A stretch of 64,000 bases of DNA from Sporopachydermia quercuum. Lineage: Eukaryota. The stretch is from the NCBI GenBank assembly GCA_001599295.1, contig BCGN01000005.1, positions 1,116,001 through 1,180,000 on the forward strand, read 5' to 3'. Of the stretch, positions 1 through 11,669 are shown piece after piece. Below the pieces are notes generated by a model. It was not told the origin of the DNA and made no database searches. It worked only from the letters and a program-made list of their open reading frames with translations. The first letter of the stretch is position 1; every line of letters begins with the position of its first letter. Position numbers and translations under genes: made by a program.

Positions 1-605
1 AATAAACTATTTTTTGTATTGAGAGATAAAATTAAGTTTATGCCGAGGTTTCAGATGCAGGAGGGTATTTAATGATGATGTCATAAAAATATTCGGGGAA
101 TAAGAATTATGGAGCGGTTCTAGAGATAAGAGCGATACACATAAACTCTGGAATTTTATAACTTTTGAGTTATGTAATATAAGTATACTATTGTTTTAGA
201 CTACAGATTGACAGTTATACAATTTATTAACTCTCTCGGACACCTTAGGAAAAGTTGTAATTCAAACCATACATTCTGGCTCACTTCCATACTCACCATA
301 CATAATCGATCCCAATAGCAGGAAAACGTGATTTCCAAAGCACCAGATATTTTCCGAATTCCGGAACCTATTTAGCACCATCTTTTCCGAACATGTTTTC
401 GTTTCATCTCATCTCATCTTGCTCATACAGCATTTACACCGTTCCTTCTCTGTTGATTATAGTCATTTGAATATAAACTACATGAAGCTAATCAAATTGA
501 ATCATATCAGGTTGCCAATTTGGCCAATTTGTTATTACAAAAGACTCATGTACAATTTGAACCTTTTGTCGTCTGCATTTGGTAGTTCATATTTTTGTTC
601 GTATC

Positions 606-2342
606 ATGTCTCCAAGTTCTCGAAGTCCTCAAGGGTATGAGCCCTTGCCCGAAACCAACTCAGAAACATCAATTCTACAATACCAAACAACTATTCCTGA
701 CTTGGAGCTTGAGGAAAATATATCTCCAGAGTCTATTACTTCTAAATGGGAGCTTTTTGGCTGGTACCTTACAAGTTGGGCTTCTGAACCTTTCATAGTT
801 TCTGCAGTTGGTACGTATGTTCCATTGTTATTAGAACAGTTCGCAAGGGAGAACGGTGTTAAACTTGGTGATCATACTGTCAGATGTATTTTACCACCAT
901 CGGAAAAACTGCCACCAGGAGATATTGGTGGTGATCCCGGAAGTATACCACCAGGTACTGGTGGAGATCAAGATCCTTCCAGAGAATGTGTGGTAATGAT
1001 TCTAGGGTCCTATATTGACACATCAAGCTTTGCTTTATACACATTCTCATTTTCAGTACTAGTGCAGACAATTGTGGTGATAAGTATGAGTGGAGCTGCT
1101 GATAAAGGTCATTATAGAAAAACTCTATTAATCACTTTTGGTGTGATTGGTGCTTTAACAACGATGATGTTCCTTACGCTTGATACGTCTCACTACTATT
1201 TTGCCTCGTTATTTGCTATACTATCTAATGCTAGCTATGGAGCAGTATCCGTATGTGCAAATTCTTATCTACCTATTTTAACAGGCCATCATCAACAAGT
1301 TTATTTGAATCAGCAACGATTGAGAACCGATTCTTCTTACTCATTATATAAGTACTTGGTTGATTTCAATAACTTAACATCACGCATATCTGGCACGGGT
1401 GCTTCATTAGGTTATTTGTCAGCTCTAATAGTTCAAGTGTCAACCATATACCTAGTAGTAAGATCAGGTAAGCAAGCATCATCTCTCCAGTTGGCAATAT
1501 TTGTTGTAGGCTTCTGGTGGCTAATATTTCAATTACCTCTGCCATGGTTGCTTAAGTCAAGATCTAAAGATCCAAATCTCAATGCAAACGGTATACCGTC
1601 CAACAAGTCTTCAAGGTTTGAGAATTTCATGAACAAAATAACAATGGGAGGTTGGGGCTATATAACCTTTGGCTGGAAGACACTTGAGGCTACTTTTCAT
1701 CAAGCAAGAAACATGAAGGATGTTGGTCTGTTTTTACTTGGCTGGTTTATTATCTCGGATGCTTTTACAACTATTAATTCTGCGGCAGTTTTATTTGCTA
1801 GAACTCAGCTGAAAATGTCAACTCCATCATTAGCTTTTGTGGGCGTACTTGTTGTGTTTTCTGGAATTCTTGGCTCAATTATTACACCAAGAATAATACT
1901 TCCTGGATTGAAACTAGGCCCTGTAGGTGGTATAATCTTTGTTATACTTTGGGCTGCTGTTGTACCTTTGTATGGTATTCTAGGATTCTACACACAAGCT
2001 ATTGGGTTGAGGAAGCCTTGGGAAATGTTTTTATTGGCTATTTGGTATGGAGTGGCTATGGGGTCATTGAATACGCTATCAAGGTCTTTTTTCTCTCTAC
2101 TAATACCAAAAGGAAAAGAATCAACGTTCTTCTCATTGTTCAGTGTCACCGATAAAGGAAGCAGTATTGTAGGACCACTGGTTACAGGCTTAATTACTGA
2201 TAAGACACATAATATTAGGTATTGCTTTTACTTTCTAGTTATTGTTTTACTGCTTGGAATACCTGTGTTTTCGTTAATTGACGTTGAAAGAGGCCGACAG
2301 GAAGCAAGAGTATTACAGAGGTTGGAAGATGACGAAGGATAG
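606..2342 (+). CDS. ATG22: Vacuolar amino-acid efflux MFS transporter Atg22
   Basis: First ATG at 606 (ORF track starts at an upstream TTG). Atg22 motifs WELFGWY..WASEPFIVSAVGTYVPLLLEQFA, DTSSFALYTFS and FFSLFSVTDKGSS; multiple TM segments. Confidence 0.93.
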   Translation: MSPSSRSPQGYEPLPETNSETSILQYQTTIPDLELEENISPESITSKWELFGWYLTSWASEPFIVSAVGTYVPLLLEQFARENGVKLGDHTVRCILPPSEKLPPGDIGGDPGSIPPGTGGDQDPSRECVVMILGSYIDTSSFALYTFSFSVLVQTIVVISMSGAADKGHYRKTLLITFGVIGALTTMMFLTLDTSHYYFASLFAILSNASYGAVSVCANSYLPILTGHHQQVYLNQQRLRTDSSYSLYKYLVDFNNLTSRISGTGASLGYLSALIVQVSTIYLVVRSGKQASSLQLAIFVVGFWWLIFQLPLPWLLKSRSKDPNLNANGIPSNKSSRFENFMNKITMGGWGYITFGWKTLEATFHQARNMKDVGLFLLGWFIISDAFTTINSAAVLFARTQLKMSTPSLAFVGVLVVFSGILGSIITPRIILPGLKLGPVGGIIFVILWAAVVPLYGILGFYTQAIGLRKPWEMFLLAIWYGVAMGSLNTLSRSFFSLLIPKGKESTFFSLFSVTDKGSSIVGPLVTGLITDKTHNIRYCFYFLVIVLLLGIPVFSLIDVERGRQEARVLQRLEDDEG

Positions 2343-4019
2343 GAGCATGGGGTATAGACTGGAGTATGGTGAGATAAGGATTTTTTGTAGTGATTTGGTG
2401 AATGGCATAAGACGGATGGTTGAAAGTTATTAAGCTGGGCAAAGTATTTCTGTATATACTTGAGGGAAATGAAAAAGCTACCGAGTTTGTATTATAATAT
2501 ACTATTTTGAATAAATCGTAATAATATGATAAATGTAATAGATCAACAGTGATTTCCATATAATGTAGAACAAAAATAATAAAGCCGGAAGACAGTAGCG
2601 CCTTACTACCATCACTAGTAATTATCGTCACATATCCTATGTTTTAATATACAATTAACATATAACAATCTCTGGTGATGAAACAACCAGAAACATGAGC
2701 TATCCAATAGATATCATTACTATTCGATACTTTTATACTAACAGAAAACCAAAAGAATAGTCATAATCAAAACAACCACCAAATCTGTAATTCTTCAGAG
2801 AATTCAACCCCCTATATTTTTTGCTGGCGCCTACACCATGGAAGGGGCCACTTGAAAGTCATTGAAGCTTATTTTCCAAGCAAGCTAATACTGTAAGTAA
2901 GCTGAAATGAGAAGATAACTTGAGAGCTAAGCTTTTAGTATTAACCCTATGAACTTCTCTTGTAGTTAATGATCCTGTAGAACCAGGGAGACAAGTCTCA
3001 ATGTTCCTCGCTAACATAAATTTTAAAGTTCATTAAGATTTATGCTTAAATGTAATTAGCTTTAACTAGAAACACTTAACTTTAACCTTAATTAGTTGTT
3101 AAATACTCTCTCTCCTGGCAAGGCAGTCCATAGAAAAGAGCTGTCTAATTTTATTTCACTTTTGCTACCCCATCTTTCACCAATTTGATGATTATGAAGA
3201 ATATTCTAAAACAGTGAAAAGAGCAAGCCTACGTCCTCTCATTCTAATAGAGTTTCAGTTTCAAAAATGGTTTTCGAAGAATACTGCGCCCCGCAGAATT
3301 CTCAGCTTTGCTGTACTAACTTTACTAACATCATATGAATTCCTTTCATGGAAAACAGGGAAGATTAGATTTAACAAAGAAATATTCACTGGGAAAGAGA
3401 TCTCAGAGAATGTTTCAGCTGATGACTCAGAGTTTACACGGAGTGAATGAAATCTACATCATAACATAATTTTCCAGACTTTTTCTATATCAGCCATAGG
3501 CCAAGGGAACTAAGTTCGAGCCATTTAGCAGCAAAACAGCGTCAATGATATTTGTTTGTTGAATAGGTTTCCATTTGCTTTTTAAATATATGAAACCCAG
3601 ATCAAATTTAAAAATTGCATCATTTTTAATAAATCTGACTTGTTCACAATGCTCTCGAAAAATTAGTTGATGAGTCATCTAAAGGTTGAGACCAGCTAGA
3701 TACCTTCATGACGGAGAACAACATTTTGCTTAGTTATTTTCATCACTTTTCTTAAACCACCATTGGAAGAAAATAGGAAACATCAGATTTTTTGATTCAG
3801 CATTCTTCCAAATTGGTAATATGATTTCGAGAACTGATTACCAATCTTTTGAGTATCTTTCACTCGGTCTTCCTCTTTCTCTCCGGCGTAGTATCGTTAA
3901 CATCATCTCTGAAAACTAACCATGACATCTCATTCTATTTTATCACGTTTTGATTGAGACCTTAAGCAAAACACGTGCTGTGTACTTTCTTCCGGGATCT
4001 CATTGATTATCTTACGGAA

Positions 4020-4060
4020 TGAAAATTTTCGGGATCTTTCATTTCTGAAAACTTACCCGG
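4020..4060 (+). promoter_or_regulatory. Ribosome-biogenesis promoter: RRPE (TGAAAATTTT 4020-4029) and Reb1-like site (TTACCCGG 4053-4060)
   Basis: Exact motif matches 210-250 bp upstream of NOP1, a classic Ribi gene. Confidence 0.65.
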
Positions 4061-4270
4061 TTAAAAGAGAATAAATTTTTTAGTATGAGAGGAAGCAAGA
4101 AAATGAAAAAGTCAGTTACTGTTGACAAGCTTGTAAAAAACTTTTCCCTTTTATAATTAGCAATTTAATATATTCAAACACAGCTCATGAACTTATTTAT
4201 CAAACTAATAAAGAATAAATAGCCTTGAGGTGTGATTTTGTTGATACATACAGTTAGATTATAGAATAAG

Positions 4271-5254
4271 ATGGCGTTTACACCAGGCGGACGAGGTGGT
4301 AGTAGAGGTGGTTTTGGCGGTAGCAGAGGAGGAGCTAGAGGAGGCTCCAGAGGTGGATTCAGTGGTGGCAGAGGAGGTAGTAGAGGTGGATCTAGCAGTA
4401 GCAGAGGAGGAGCCAGAGGAGGTTCAAGAGGTGGATTTGGTGGTGCTAGAGGTGGTGGAAGAGGAGGCCCTAGAGGCGGAGCAAGAGGTGGAAGAGGAGG
4501 GGCCAGAGGTGGTGCCAGAGGAGGAGCTAGAGTTATCGTCGAGCCTCACAGACACGGAGGTGTTTTCATCGCCCGCGGTAAAGAAGATCTACTTGTCACC
4601 AAGAATTTAGTGCCTGGCGAATCAGTTTATGGTGAAAAGAGAATCTCTGTTGATGTTCCAAATCAAGATGAATCTGTTGCACCTACTAAGGTAGAATATA
4701 GAGTGTGGAATCCTTTCAGATCTAAGCTTGCTGCCGGTATTTTGGGTGGTCTAGATGAAATCTTCATTGGACCTGGAAAGAAAGTGTTATATTTAGGTGC
4801 TGCATCTGGTACATCAGTTTCTCATGTTTCAGACGTTGTTGGACCAGAAGGTGTTGTGTATGCTGTTGAATTCTCTCACAGATCAGGAAGAGATTTGATT
4901 ACTATGGCTAAGAAGAGACCTAATATTATTCCTATCATTGAAGATGCTCGACATCCCCAAAAATACAGAATGCTCATTGGAATGGTTGATTGTGTTTTTG
5001 CTGATGTTGCTCAACCCGATCAAGCCCGTATTATCGCTTTGAACTCTCATTTATTCTTAAAAGACGGCGGTGGAGTTGTTATCTCCATCAAGGCCAACTG
5101 TATTGATTCTACCGTTGATGCTGCTACTGTTTTCGCTAGAGAAGTTCAAAAATTGAGAGAAGAAAGAATTAAACCAGTAGAACAATTAAGTTTGGAACCA
5201 TATGAAAGAGATCATTGTATTGTCATTGGTAAATACATGAGAGCTGGTTTGTAA
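4271..5254 (+). CDS. NOP1: Fibrillarin, box C/D snoRNP rRNA 2'-O-methyltransferase
   Basis: N-terminal RGG/GAR domain; [38 protein letters not shown]. Confidence 0.99.
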   Translation: MAFTPGGRGGSRGGFGGSRGGARGGSRGGFSGGRGGSRGGSSSSRGGARGGSRGGFGGARGGGRGGPRGGARGGRGGARGGARGGARVIVEPHRHGGVFIARGKEDLLVTKNLVPGESVYGEKRISVDVPNQDESVAPTKVEYRVWNPFRSKLAAGILGGLDEIFIGPGKKVLYLGAASGTSVSHVSDVVGPEGVVYAVEFSHRSGRDLITMAKKRPNIIPIIEDARHPQKYRMLIGMVDCVFADVAQPDQARIIALNSHLFLKDGGGVVISIKANCIDSTVDAATVFAREVQKLREERIKPVEQLSLEPYERDHCIVIGKYMRAGL

Positions 5255-5915
5255 TTATGATTTGGATTCGGGTGTGTTAAGTTTGATGGCCGTCACTTTG
5301 CATTATATGTTATATAAATTTCACAATCTATAATTGATATTATTAGATTTATCATTAATATTGATACTGATACTGATACTAATGATCCTTACTTCGACAT
5401 CCGTTACTATTTCGGTTGATGTCATTACCACTTTTTCTTTATCTTTTCCTAAGGGTTATTAGTATTCTTGTTCTCTAGACAAAATTGTACATTGGTTATT
5501 CTGATCTTTTACTTTGAAGTCGTAGTTTCTGTTTTCTCTGCTTATTTGGTCTGTGGTATTAACTCCGAGGCCCCAAAAAAANATTTCGGAAATGGTTCAT
5601 AACCTATTGTTTCCGATATTTGAGCCATTTCTGACATCACATGCGACTAGGTTGACGACCAAATGCTGACTTCGTATTAAATGAGAATGTCACATTTCAG
5701 CCTCTATTTTAACCAGCAAAGAACGTTACACAGTCATATGAAGGCAAGTATGGTTTCTTTACACACTGTGACTTTCATGATTCGACTCGGGAAACTTTTT
5801 TTAGTAGGATTATATTCAATCGAAGGTTCACCTATTACAGGACAGTTCCTCTTTCTACTTTCCCAAGCGGGAAATACTTTGACTTGACAGAATTGTCCGC
5901 CACCTACTTGATCTA

Positions 5916-6367
5916 ATGAGTCAGAGTTGACGTACAGTGACGGTTACTGCTAGGCTATTTATTTATTTATTTTGTGGCTAATAGCTTGTAGGAAATAAAT
6001 GGTTTTCGATAAACTAAAGTAACTAGCTAATCCAATATTAGTCATTCTCCTTCTTCTACCTAGCTGATTATTGTCATTGATCTCGCTTGATATAATTCAA
6101 CAAGTGTCCCCGTTGTCCGGTAAATTTTTCGCAAACAAAGTTTGGTTTTCCGTAAACTCTATATTTTCATAATAACTCAATTTCAAATCATCAACTCCAG
6201 AGAAGTGTCGTGTCATCTATCCACGTATCATAGGAACTCATTATGAGAAATAACCGAATAAAAATACACATTTCTTTGAAAATTCATTAGAACTCATTTC
6301 AGTAAGCTACCTGATAGTTTCATATCCTTGAAGTGTTACCAAATAGCGAGTTCGACGACTGACTCAT
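5916..6367. promoter_or_regulatory. Two Gcn4-type sites upstream of SNZ1 (ATGAGTCA 5916-5923; TGACTCAT 6360-6367)
   Basis: Match to TGA(C/G)TCA; SNZ1 is a known Gcn4 target in yeasts. Confidence 0.6.
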
Positions 6368-6739
6368 CTTAAACCTTCAGCTTCAAAACTCTCATAGTTT
6401 TGATGTTCTTTGTCCGAAGACTTTATCGTTTTTGGGAAATCCGCTACCAAATCTTATTTATCCAGTCTGGCAAAGTCAAATTCTTCACCAAACAGTTGCA
6501 AGCAGCCTTGCTCGAATTGTCACTTGCTTCTTCTTGCAAAAATAAAGAAACTCAGTGTCTCAAGAATCAAATTGCTATTGTTCTTGTTTAGTATATAACT
6601 CCATTAAACCCCAGTTTTCTATCTTACAACTCTTGCTTTGTTATCAAGTAAATTCAGCTAGTTATTGTGGAACAATTATTCAATCTCTGTATCTTATAAA
6701 GTCAGCCACGCAGTAAATATTGAATTCGCACCAAACAGG

Positions 6740-7959
6740 ATGTCTGCAAATGAATCTTCAAATGCTTCAGATGCTGTTGAAGCCTTCAAAATCAAGTCTG
6801 GACTTGCTCAGATGTTGAAAGGTATGTTGACGGACAAAGAAAGGGGAAGGGCTATCAATTTGATGTTAAGAACGCATTGTCAAATTTGGAGTAACGTATT
6901 GGTAAAGACTAACAATGTAAATTATAGGTGGGGTAATTATGGAGTAAGTTGAGAATTGGTATAATAATGAGGATTGAATACTCATCTGCAAATCGATGAT
7001 TTATCAAAAGGATCCAATCATTGATATATAACTGTAGTGCCGATTACCGTTTCCTAACATCGATAGTGTGGTGAATGCTGAACAAGCATTAATTGCTGAA
7101 AGAGCTGGTGCATGCGCCGTTATGGCCTTGGAAAGAGTCCCCGCAGATATAAGAGCTGAAGGAGGTGTTGCTCGTATGAGTGATCCAAAACTCATCAAGG
7201 AGATTACAGATGCGTAAGTTTTCCTTTTTGCTTTTTATTTGCTCTAGCACATTTTAGCTCACTTTCAAAATACTAACTACTATGTATAACAGTGTATCAA
7301 TCCCTGTGATGGCTAAGTGTCGTATTGGTCATTTCGTTGAAGCACAGATCCTTGAGGCTCTTGGTTGTGATTATATTGATGAGTCAGAAGTTTTAACTCC
7401 TGCAGATCAAGTACATCATATTACCAAACATGATTTCAAAGTCCCATTTGTTTGCGGATGCCGAAATCTCGGTGAAGCCTTAAGACGAATCTCTGAAGGT
7501 GCCGCCATGATCAGAACTAAAGGTGAAGCAGGTACTGGTGATGTGGTGGAAGCTGTAAAGCATATTCGAACAGTAAGATCCGAGATCAGAAAAGTCTCTT
7601 TAATGTCTCCTGATGAATTATATGTTTATGCAAAAGAAATTGGAGCTCCTATTGACCTTCTTCGTCAAACAGCCTCGTTAGGTCGTTTGCCAGTAGTGAA
7701 CTTTGCTGCAGGTGGTGTTGCTACCCCCGCAGATGCTGCACTATGTATGCAACTCGGATGTGACGGTGTCTTTGTTGGATCTGGTATCTTCTTAGGACAT
7801 AATCCCGAAAAAAGAGCTCGTGCAATTGTTCAAGCTGTGACCCACTACAATGATCCTAAGGTATTGGCAGAAGTTAGTACTGATTTAGGACCAGCAATGG
7901 TAGGTCGTACTGTTGAAAGTTTGAGATTGGAAGAGAAGTTATCTACTAGAGGTTGGTAA
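6740..7959 (+). CDS. SNZ1: Pyridoxal 5'-phosphate synthase subunit (PDX1/SNZ); 4 exons: 6740-6821, 6928-6943, 7067-7213, 7293-7959
   Basis: Introns 6822-6927 (GTATGT..GACTAAC..TAG), 6944-7066 (GTAAGT..TCCTAAC..TAG) and 7214-7292 (GTAAGT..TACTAAC..CAG). Splicing restores [24 protein letters not shown]...VARMSDP...[15 protein letters not shown]. Confidence 0.96.
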
Positions 7960-8629
7960 TTTTAGTTCGAGATATGAATATGAGAATGAATAGGAAATAT
8001 TGACTTCAGTGTTCCTTTCATTGTTATACAACATTTGATGTTACTACTGTACATATCTACAAATAATTGGACCCCAAATTTACGTATTTCTATCTGTATA
8101 TATGGAGATGGGATCTCATATGTTAATAATGAAGAAATATGTCTGGATACTATGTATAAAAATGCAATTCATTTGTTTAAATCCTGTATATTCACAACCA
8201 CCCAGAATGGTATTCTTTAGTCTTATACCTGACTTAGGATGTTACATCCACCACACTTCAGTGCTTTTTCATCTACTTCTTATATACTTAACTAACTGGA
8301 ATCCATGTCTATTTACATCCTCAGTTGAATACCAAATTTATCCAACTCCTATCTCATAAATCATATAGCCTATTTCTCTGAAGACTTGTGATCAATCAAC
8401 TTACATCCTTGAATAACGGAAAAATACCTTCATAGCTCCTTCTACTACCTGCAAGATTGTGCAGACCAAACCATCTTGCATAATCTTACATCAACAGATT
8501 TTTGACCAAAGTCTCGCAATGTTCCATCATTCAATATCAACACTCTCTTTATAAATAATCAAATAAAACAATTCAGTAAATTGATGAACAACTGGAACTT
8601 AAAATTACTTGGAGACCGATCAATTGAGT

Positions 8630-10261
8630 ATGGCTATAGGGAATATCTTATCGCCTTTACAACTGTCATCGTCCTCTTATCACTCGGAAGATCTCGAAGT
8701 TGTACCAAAAGTCAATCGAGTATGGAGCAGTCATAACTTCATTGCTTTTTGGATCTCCGATTCATTCAATGTCAACACTCTTCAAATAGCTGGTACAGGG
8801 ATTTCTGCGGGCCTCTCATGGTATCAAGTTTGGATGTCCGTGTGGATTGGTTATTTTCTTGCTGGATGTTTCGTAGTGATCACTTCAAGAGTTGGCGCTC
8901 TGTACCATATCTCCTTCCCAATATCAGCGCGAGCGGCATTTGGCATCAAAGGGTCAATATGGCCGGTGTGCAACAGAGTTATAATGGCCTGTATTTGGTA
9001 TGGAGTTCAGGCTTGGATTGGAGGTCAATGTGTTCAAATTGCTGTTATAGCGGCTTTTAGATCAGGTAAATTCTCTGAAGGCACTTCTTCTTTTGCTGTT
9101 CTCTGTTTTTCTATCTTTTGGCTGCTTTCTTTGCCTGCACTTTATTTCCCACCGGAGAAAATAAAAGTTCTATTCACAATAAAGTCGTATATTGTTCCTG
9201 TTGCAAGCTTGGTTTTTGTTTCGTGGGCTTTAATCAAATGTGGTGGTGTTGGACCTTTAATGATCGAACCTGCGAGTATACATGGCTCAAGTCTGAGATG
9301 GCAGATTATCATTTCCACCATGAACTGTCTGGCGAACTTCTCAACAGTCATAATTAATTCCCCTGATTTTGCAAGGTTTTCTAAAACACCTGCATCATCA
9401 TTTTATTCGCAGTTCTTGGCTATACCTATTTCGTTCTCTATTACATCATTAATTGGTATTATGCTCTCCTCTACCGCACAAGTATTGTTCAACGATCCTA
9501 TGTGGAATCCTTTACAAGTTCTAAATAATTTATTGCATATTTCTAATATTTCAGTACTGGAAAGAATCATTGCAGTATTTATTTCTCTATCATTAGCTGT
9601 TGCTCAGCTAGGTACTAATATTGCTGCTAATTCCTTATCTGCTGGAACAGATATGTCAGCTTTATTACCTAAATACATCAACATACGGAGAGGGGGCTAT
9701 GTGTGCGCAGTTTTATCATTACTAGCTCGTCCATGGGATTTGTTATCATCATCAAACAGATTCACATCTTATCTGTCAGCTTATTCAGTTTTTCTATCTT
9801 CTATCGCTGGAATCTCGGTGGGAGATTTTTTTCTCGTTCGCGGTAAATCATTATTACTCGCTGATTTATATAGCAATCATGGAATTTATACCTATAAATT
9901 TGGGATCAACTGGAGAGCATATGTTGCATATTTTATTGGGATGGCACCTAATATTCCAGGATTTCTTAATTCTCTTGGTTATGAAGCATCCAACGGCTGG
10001 ATAAAATTATATCATTTTTCATACTTGGTAGGATTCAGTACTGGTATGATTGTATATGTTATGTTATACTATCTTTGGCCTTTTGACCTGAACCGTCTGG
10101 AAGATATTCTAATGGTTCGCACTCCTGCTTTAGTAGTGACGAGTCCTTACATGCAGATAGTTGATGACCATATAAAGGAAAATGAAAGAGGTTTTGTGGA
10201 TAACGACGATTATGATAGATGGAATGAAACCAGCGATTTACTGTATCAATCAGTTAAGTAG
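8630..10261 (+). CDS. NCS1 nucleobase:cation symporter (Fur4/Dal4/Thi7 family); substrate uncertain
   Basis: FWISDSFNVNTLQIAGTG, NSPDFARF, LGTNIAANSLSAGTDMSALLPKYINIRRG and GINWRAY; first ATG at 8630. Confidence 0.9.
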   Translation: MAIGNILSPLQLSSSSYHSEDLEVVPKVNRVWSSHNFIAFWISDSFNVNTLQIAGTGISAGLSWYQVWMSVWIGYFLAGCFVVITSRVGALYHISFPISARAAFGIKGSIWPVCNRVIMACIWYGVQAWIGGQCVQIAVIAAFRSGKFSEGTSSFAVLCFSIFWLLSLPALYFPPEKIKVLFTIKSYIVPVASLVFVSWALIKCGGVGPLMIEPASIHGSSLRWQIIISTMNCLANFSTVIINSPDFARFSKTPASSFYSQFLAIPISFSITSLIGIMLSSTAQVLFNDPMWNPLQVLNNLLHISNISVLERIIAVFISLSLAVAQLGTNIAANSLSAGTDMSALLPKYINIRRGGYVCAVLSLLARPWDLLSSSNRFTSYLSAYSVFLSSIAGISVGDFFLVRGKSLLLADLYSNHGIYTYKFGINWRAYVAYFIGMAPNIPGFLNSLGYEASNGWIKLYHFSYLVGFSTGMIVYVMLYYLWPFDLNRLEDILMVRTPALVVTSPYMQIVDDHIKENERGFVDNDDYDRWNETSDLLYQSVK

Positions 10262-10475
10262 TAAAACAAAATAAGCATTCAGTTCTTTGTTAAAAAAGCC
10301 AATAGAATGACTAAATGACCTTTAATTATACATTCCACTGTATTATTATTTACTACAATCGTAAATTGATATCACAAATACATGTGAGTATAATATTCAA
10401 CTTAGTATATCAGTGAAGTATTCATGTATCTTGTATCATTTATTCCCTATATCCGGTCCCAATCATTTATCTATT

Positions 10476-11669
10476 TTATATTTCACGAGAAAATTTTTCT
10501 CCTTGTTCTAAATCATCCACACTCAAGAGTCCTGCTCCAGCTTGGTATAAGATTCTTGCCCAAGATTCTAACCTAGCACTTCCTTTCCAGCGAGGAAGAT
10601 CAGTTATTTTAGTCATTAGACCTAAATCCTTTACAGAAGCTAACTGTTTTTCTAATGAACTCAGAGCCACTTGACTGATTGGTTCCTCTGTCGAGCTGTG
10701 TCGATTTCCAGTTAAATCAGTGAACGAAAGTCCAGCAAGTACAGAGTGTGTTTGATACTCTCTGTTTACAGGATTAGCAATAATATTTGGTATAGATGCT
10801 TCAACAAATAAATATCGTTGCTCCATGGAAAGACTGCGAATATCAGACGAAGAAAATGAACCTTTAACGGAGACAGTTAAAGGACCAGGAACTAACGTCT
10901 TGGCTGTTTCGTCATAGTATGTCAGGTAATTCTTTTGTTGAAACCTTTTCAGCAATACTGTAAGTTTTTCAATAGCCTCAGAGCTAAATACTCTAATTTC
11001 AATTAGAAGATGTAAAGATTCTTGTGGGAAACAAGAAAAAAAGCCTCTTTTCCTAGTTCGCATTGTATTTGGAATACAAGGGTCGTTGACTTCTTCTAAT
11101 AATTCAAACATAGGATTCAAATACAAAGTAGAAAGCGTGCTCAAGTTTTTGTCGAATGATTTATCACTATCTTCAACATCATCGATTTTACCTGCAACAT
11201 ATAAATCATTATCAATAATACCTGGCCAAATCTCTATTCCTATACTTCTGGCACCTATGGACAGAGCTTTGAACAAAGGTTGAGAGCTTTTATGATCGTC
11301 ATTGCAATGGATAGGAATTGGCTCTTTACAGTCATTCAGTTCATATATTCTAGTTTCCGATAAATCACATTTGATAGTTTTTGAAGATGAGACGATTTGC
11401 GGCACTGGAGATAGTAAATCTAGCTTATTGTCTATTATCCGTTCTGAAGTTTGAGAAGCATCTGTTATTCCCTGTTGTAGCGTATAATTCTCTCCTCTAT
11501 CACGCGAAAAAGACTGGAAACCTTTTATAGCAATATCGGCAGCTTTACTTGTCCAAGTTGGAGTATGTCCTTTTTCTTGACAAGCGGTGGAAACTGAGTA
11601 TGATATTATCCCTATTAACAGTATTGCTAATACAGTGAGTTTTACTATAACCACGGTTCGTTTAGTCAT
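10476..11669 (-). CDS. Aim6-like PLC-like phosphodiesterase-fold protein with N-terminal membrane anchor; degenerate motifs
   Basis: IPIHCNDD..QPLFKALSIGARSIGIEIW...LYVAG, TLSTLYLNPM, LHLLIE and NYLTYYD...PGPLTV resemble the Aim6 family. Confidence 0.7.
   Translation of the reverse strand: MTKRTVVIVKLTVLAILLIGIISYSVSTACQEKGHTPTWTSKAADIAIKGFQSFSRDRGENYTLQQGITDASQTSERIIDNKLDLLSPVPQIVSSSKTIKCDLSETRIYELNDCKEPIPIHCNDDHKSSQPLFKALSIGARSIGIEIWPGIIDNDLYVAGKIDDVEDSDKSFDKNLSTLSTLYLNPMFELLEEVNDPCIPNTMRTRKRGFFSCFPQESLHLLIEIRVFSSEAIEKLTVLLKRFQQKNYLTYYDETAKTLVPGPLTVSVKGSFSSSDIRSLSMEQRYLFVEASIPNIIANPVNREYQTHSVLAGLSFTDLTGNRHSSTEEPISQVALSSLEKQLASVKDLGLMTKITDLPRWKGSARLESWARILYQAGAGLLSVDDLEQGEKFSREI

Noticed and set aside
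2675..2760. Box C motif GTGATGA as a C/D snoRNA
   Set aside because: No box D (CTGA) at a suitable distance and no recognisable rRNA guide.
6665..7281. ORF-track starts at 6665, 7282, 31245, 31997 and 58215 treated as separate genes or true starts
   Set aside because: They are exon fragments of the spliced SNZ1, SRB4 and CDC12 genes.
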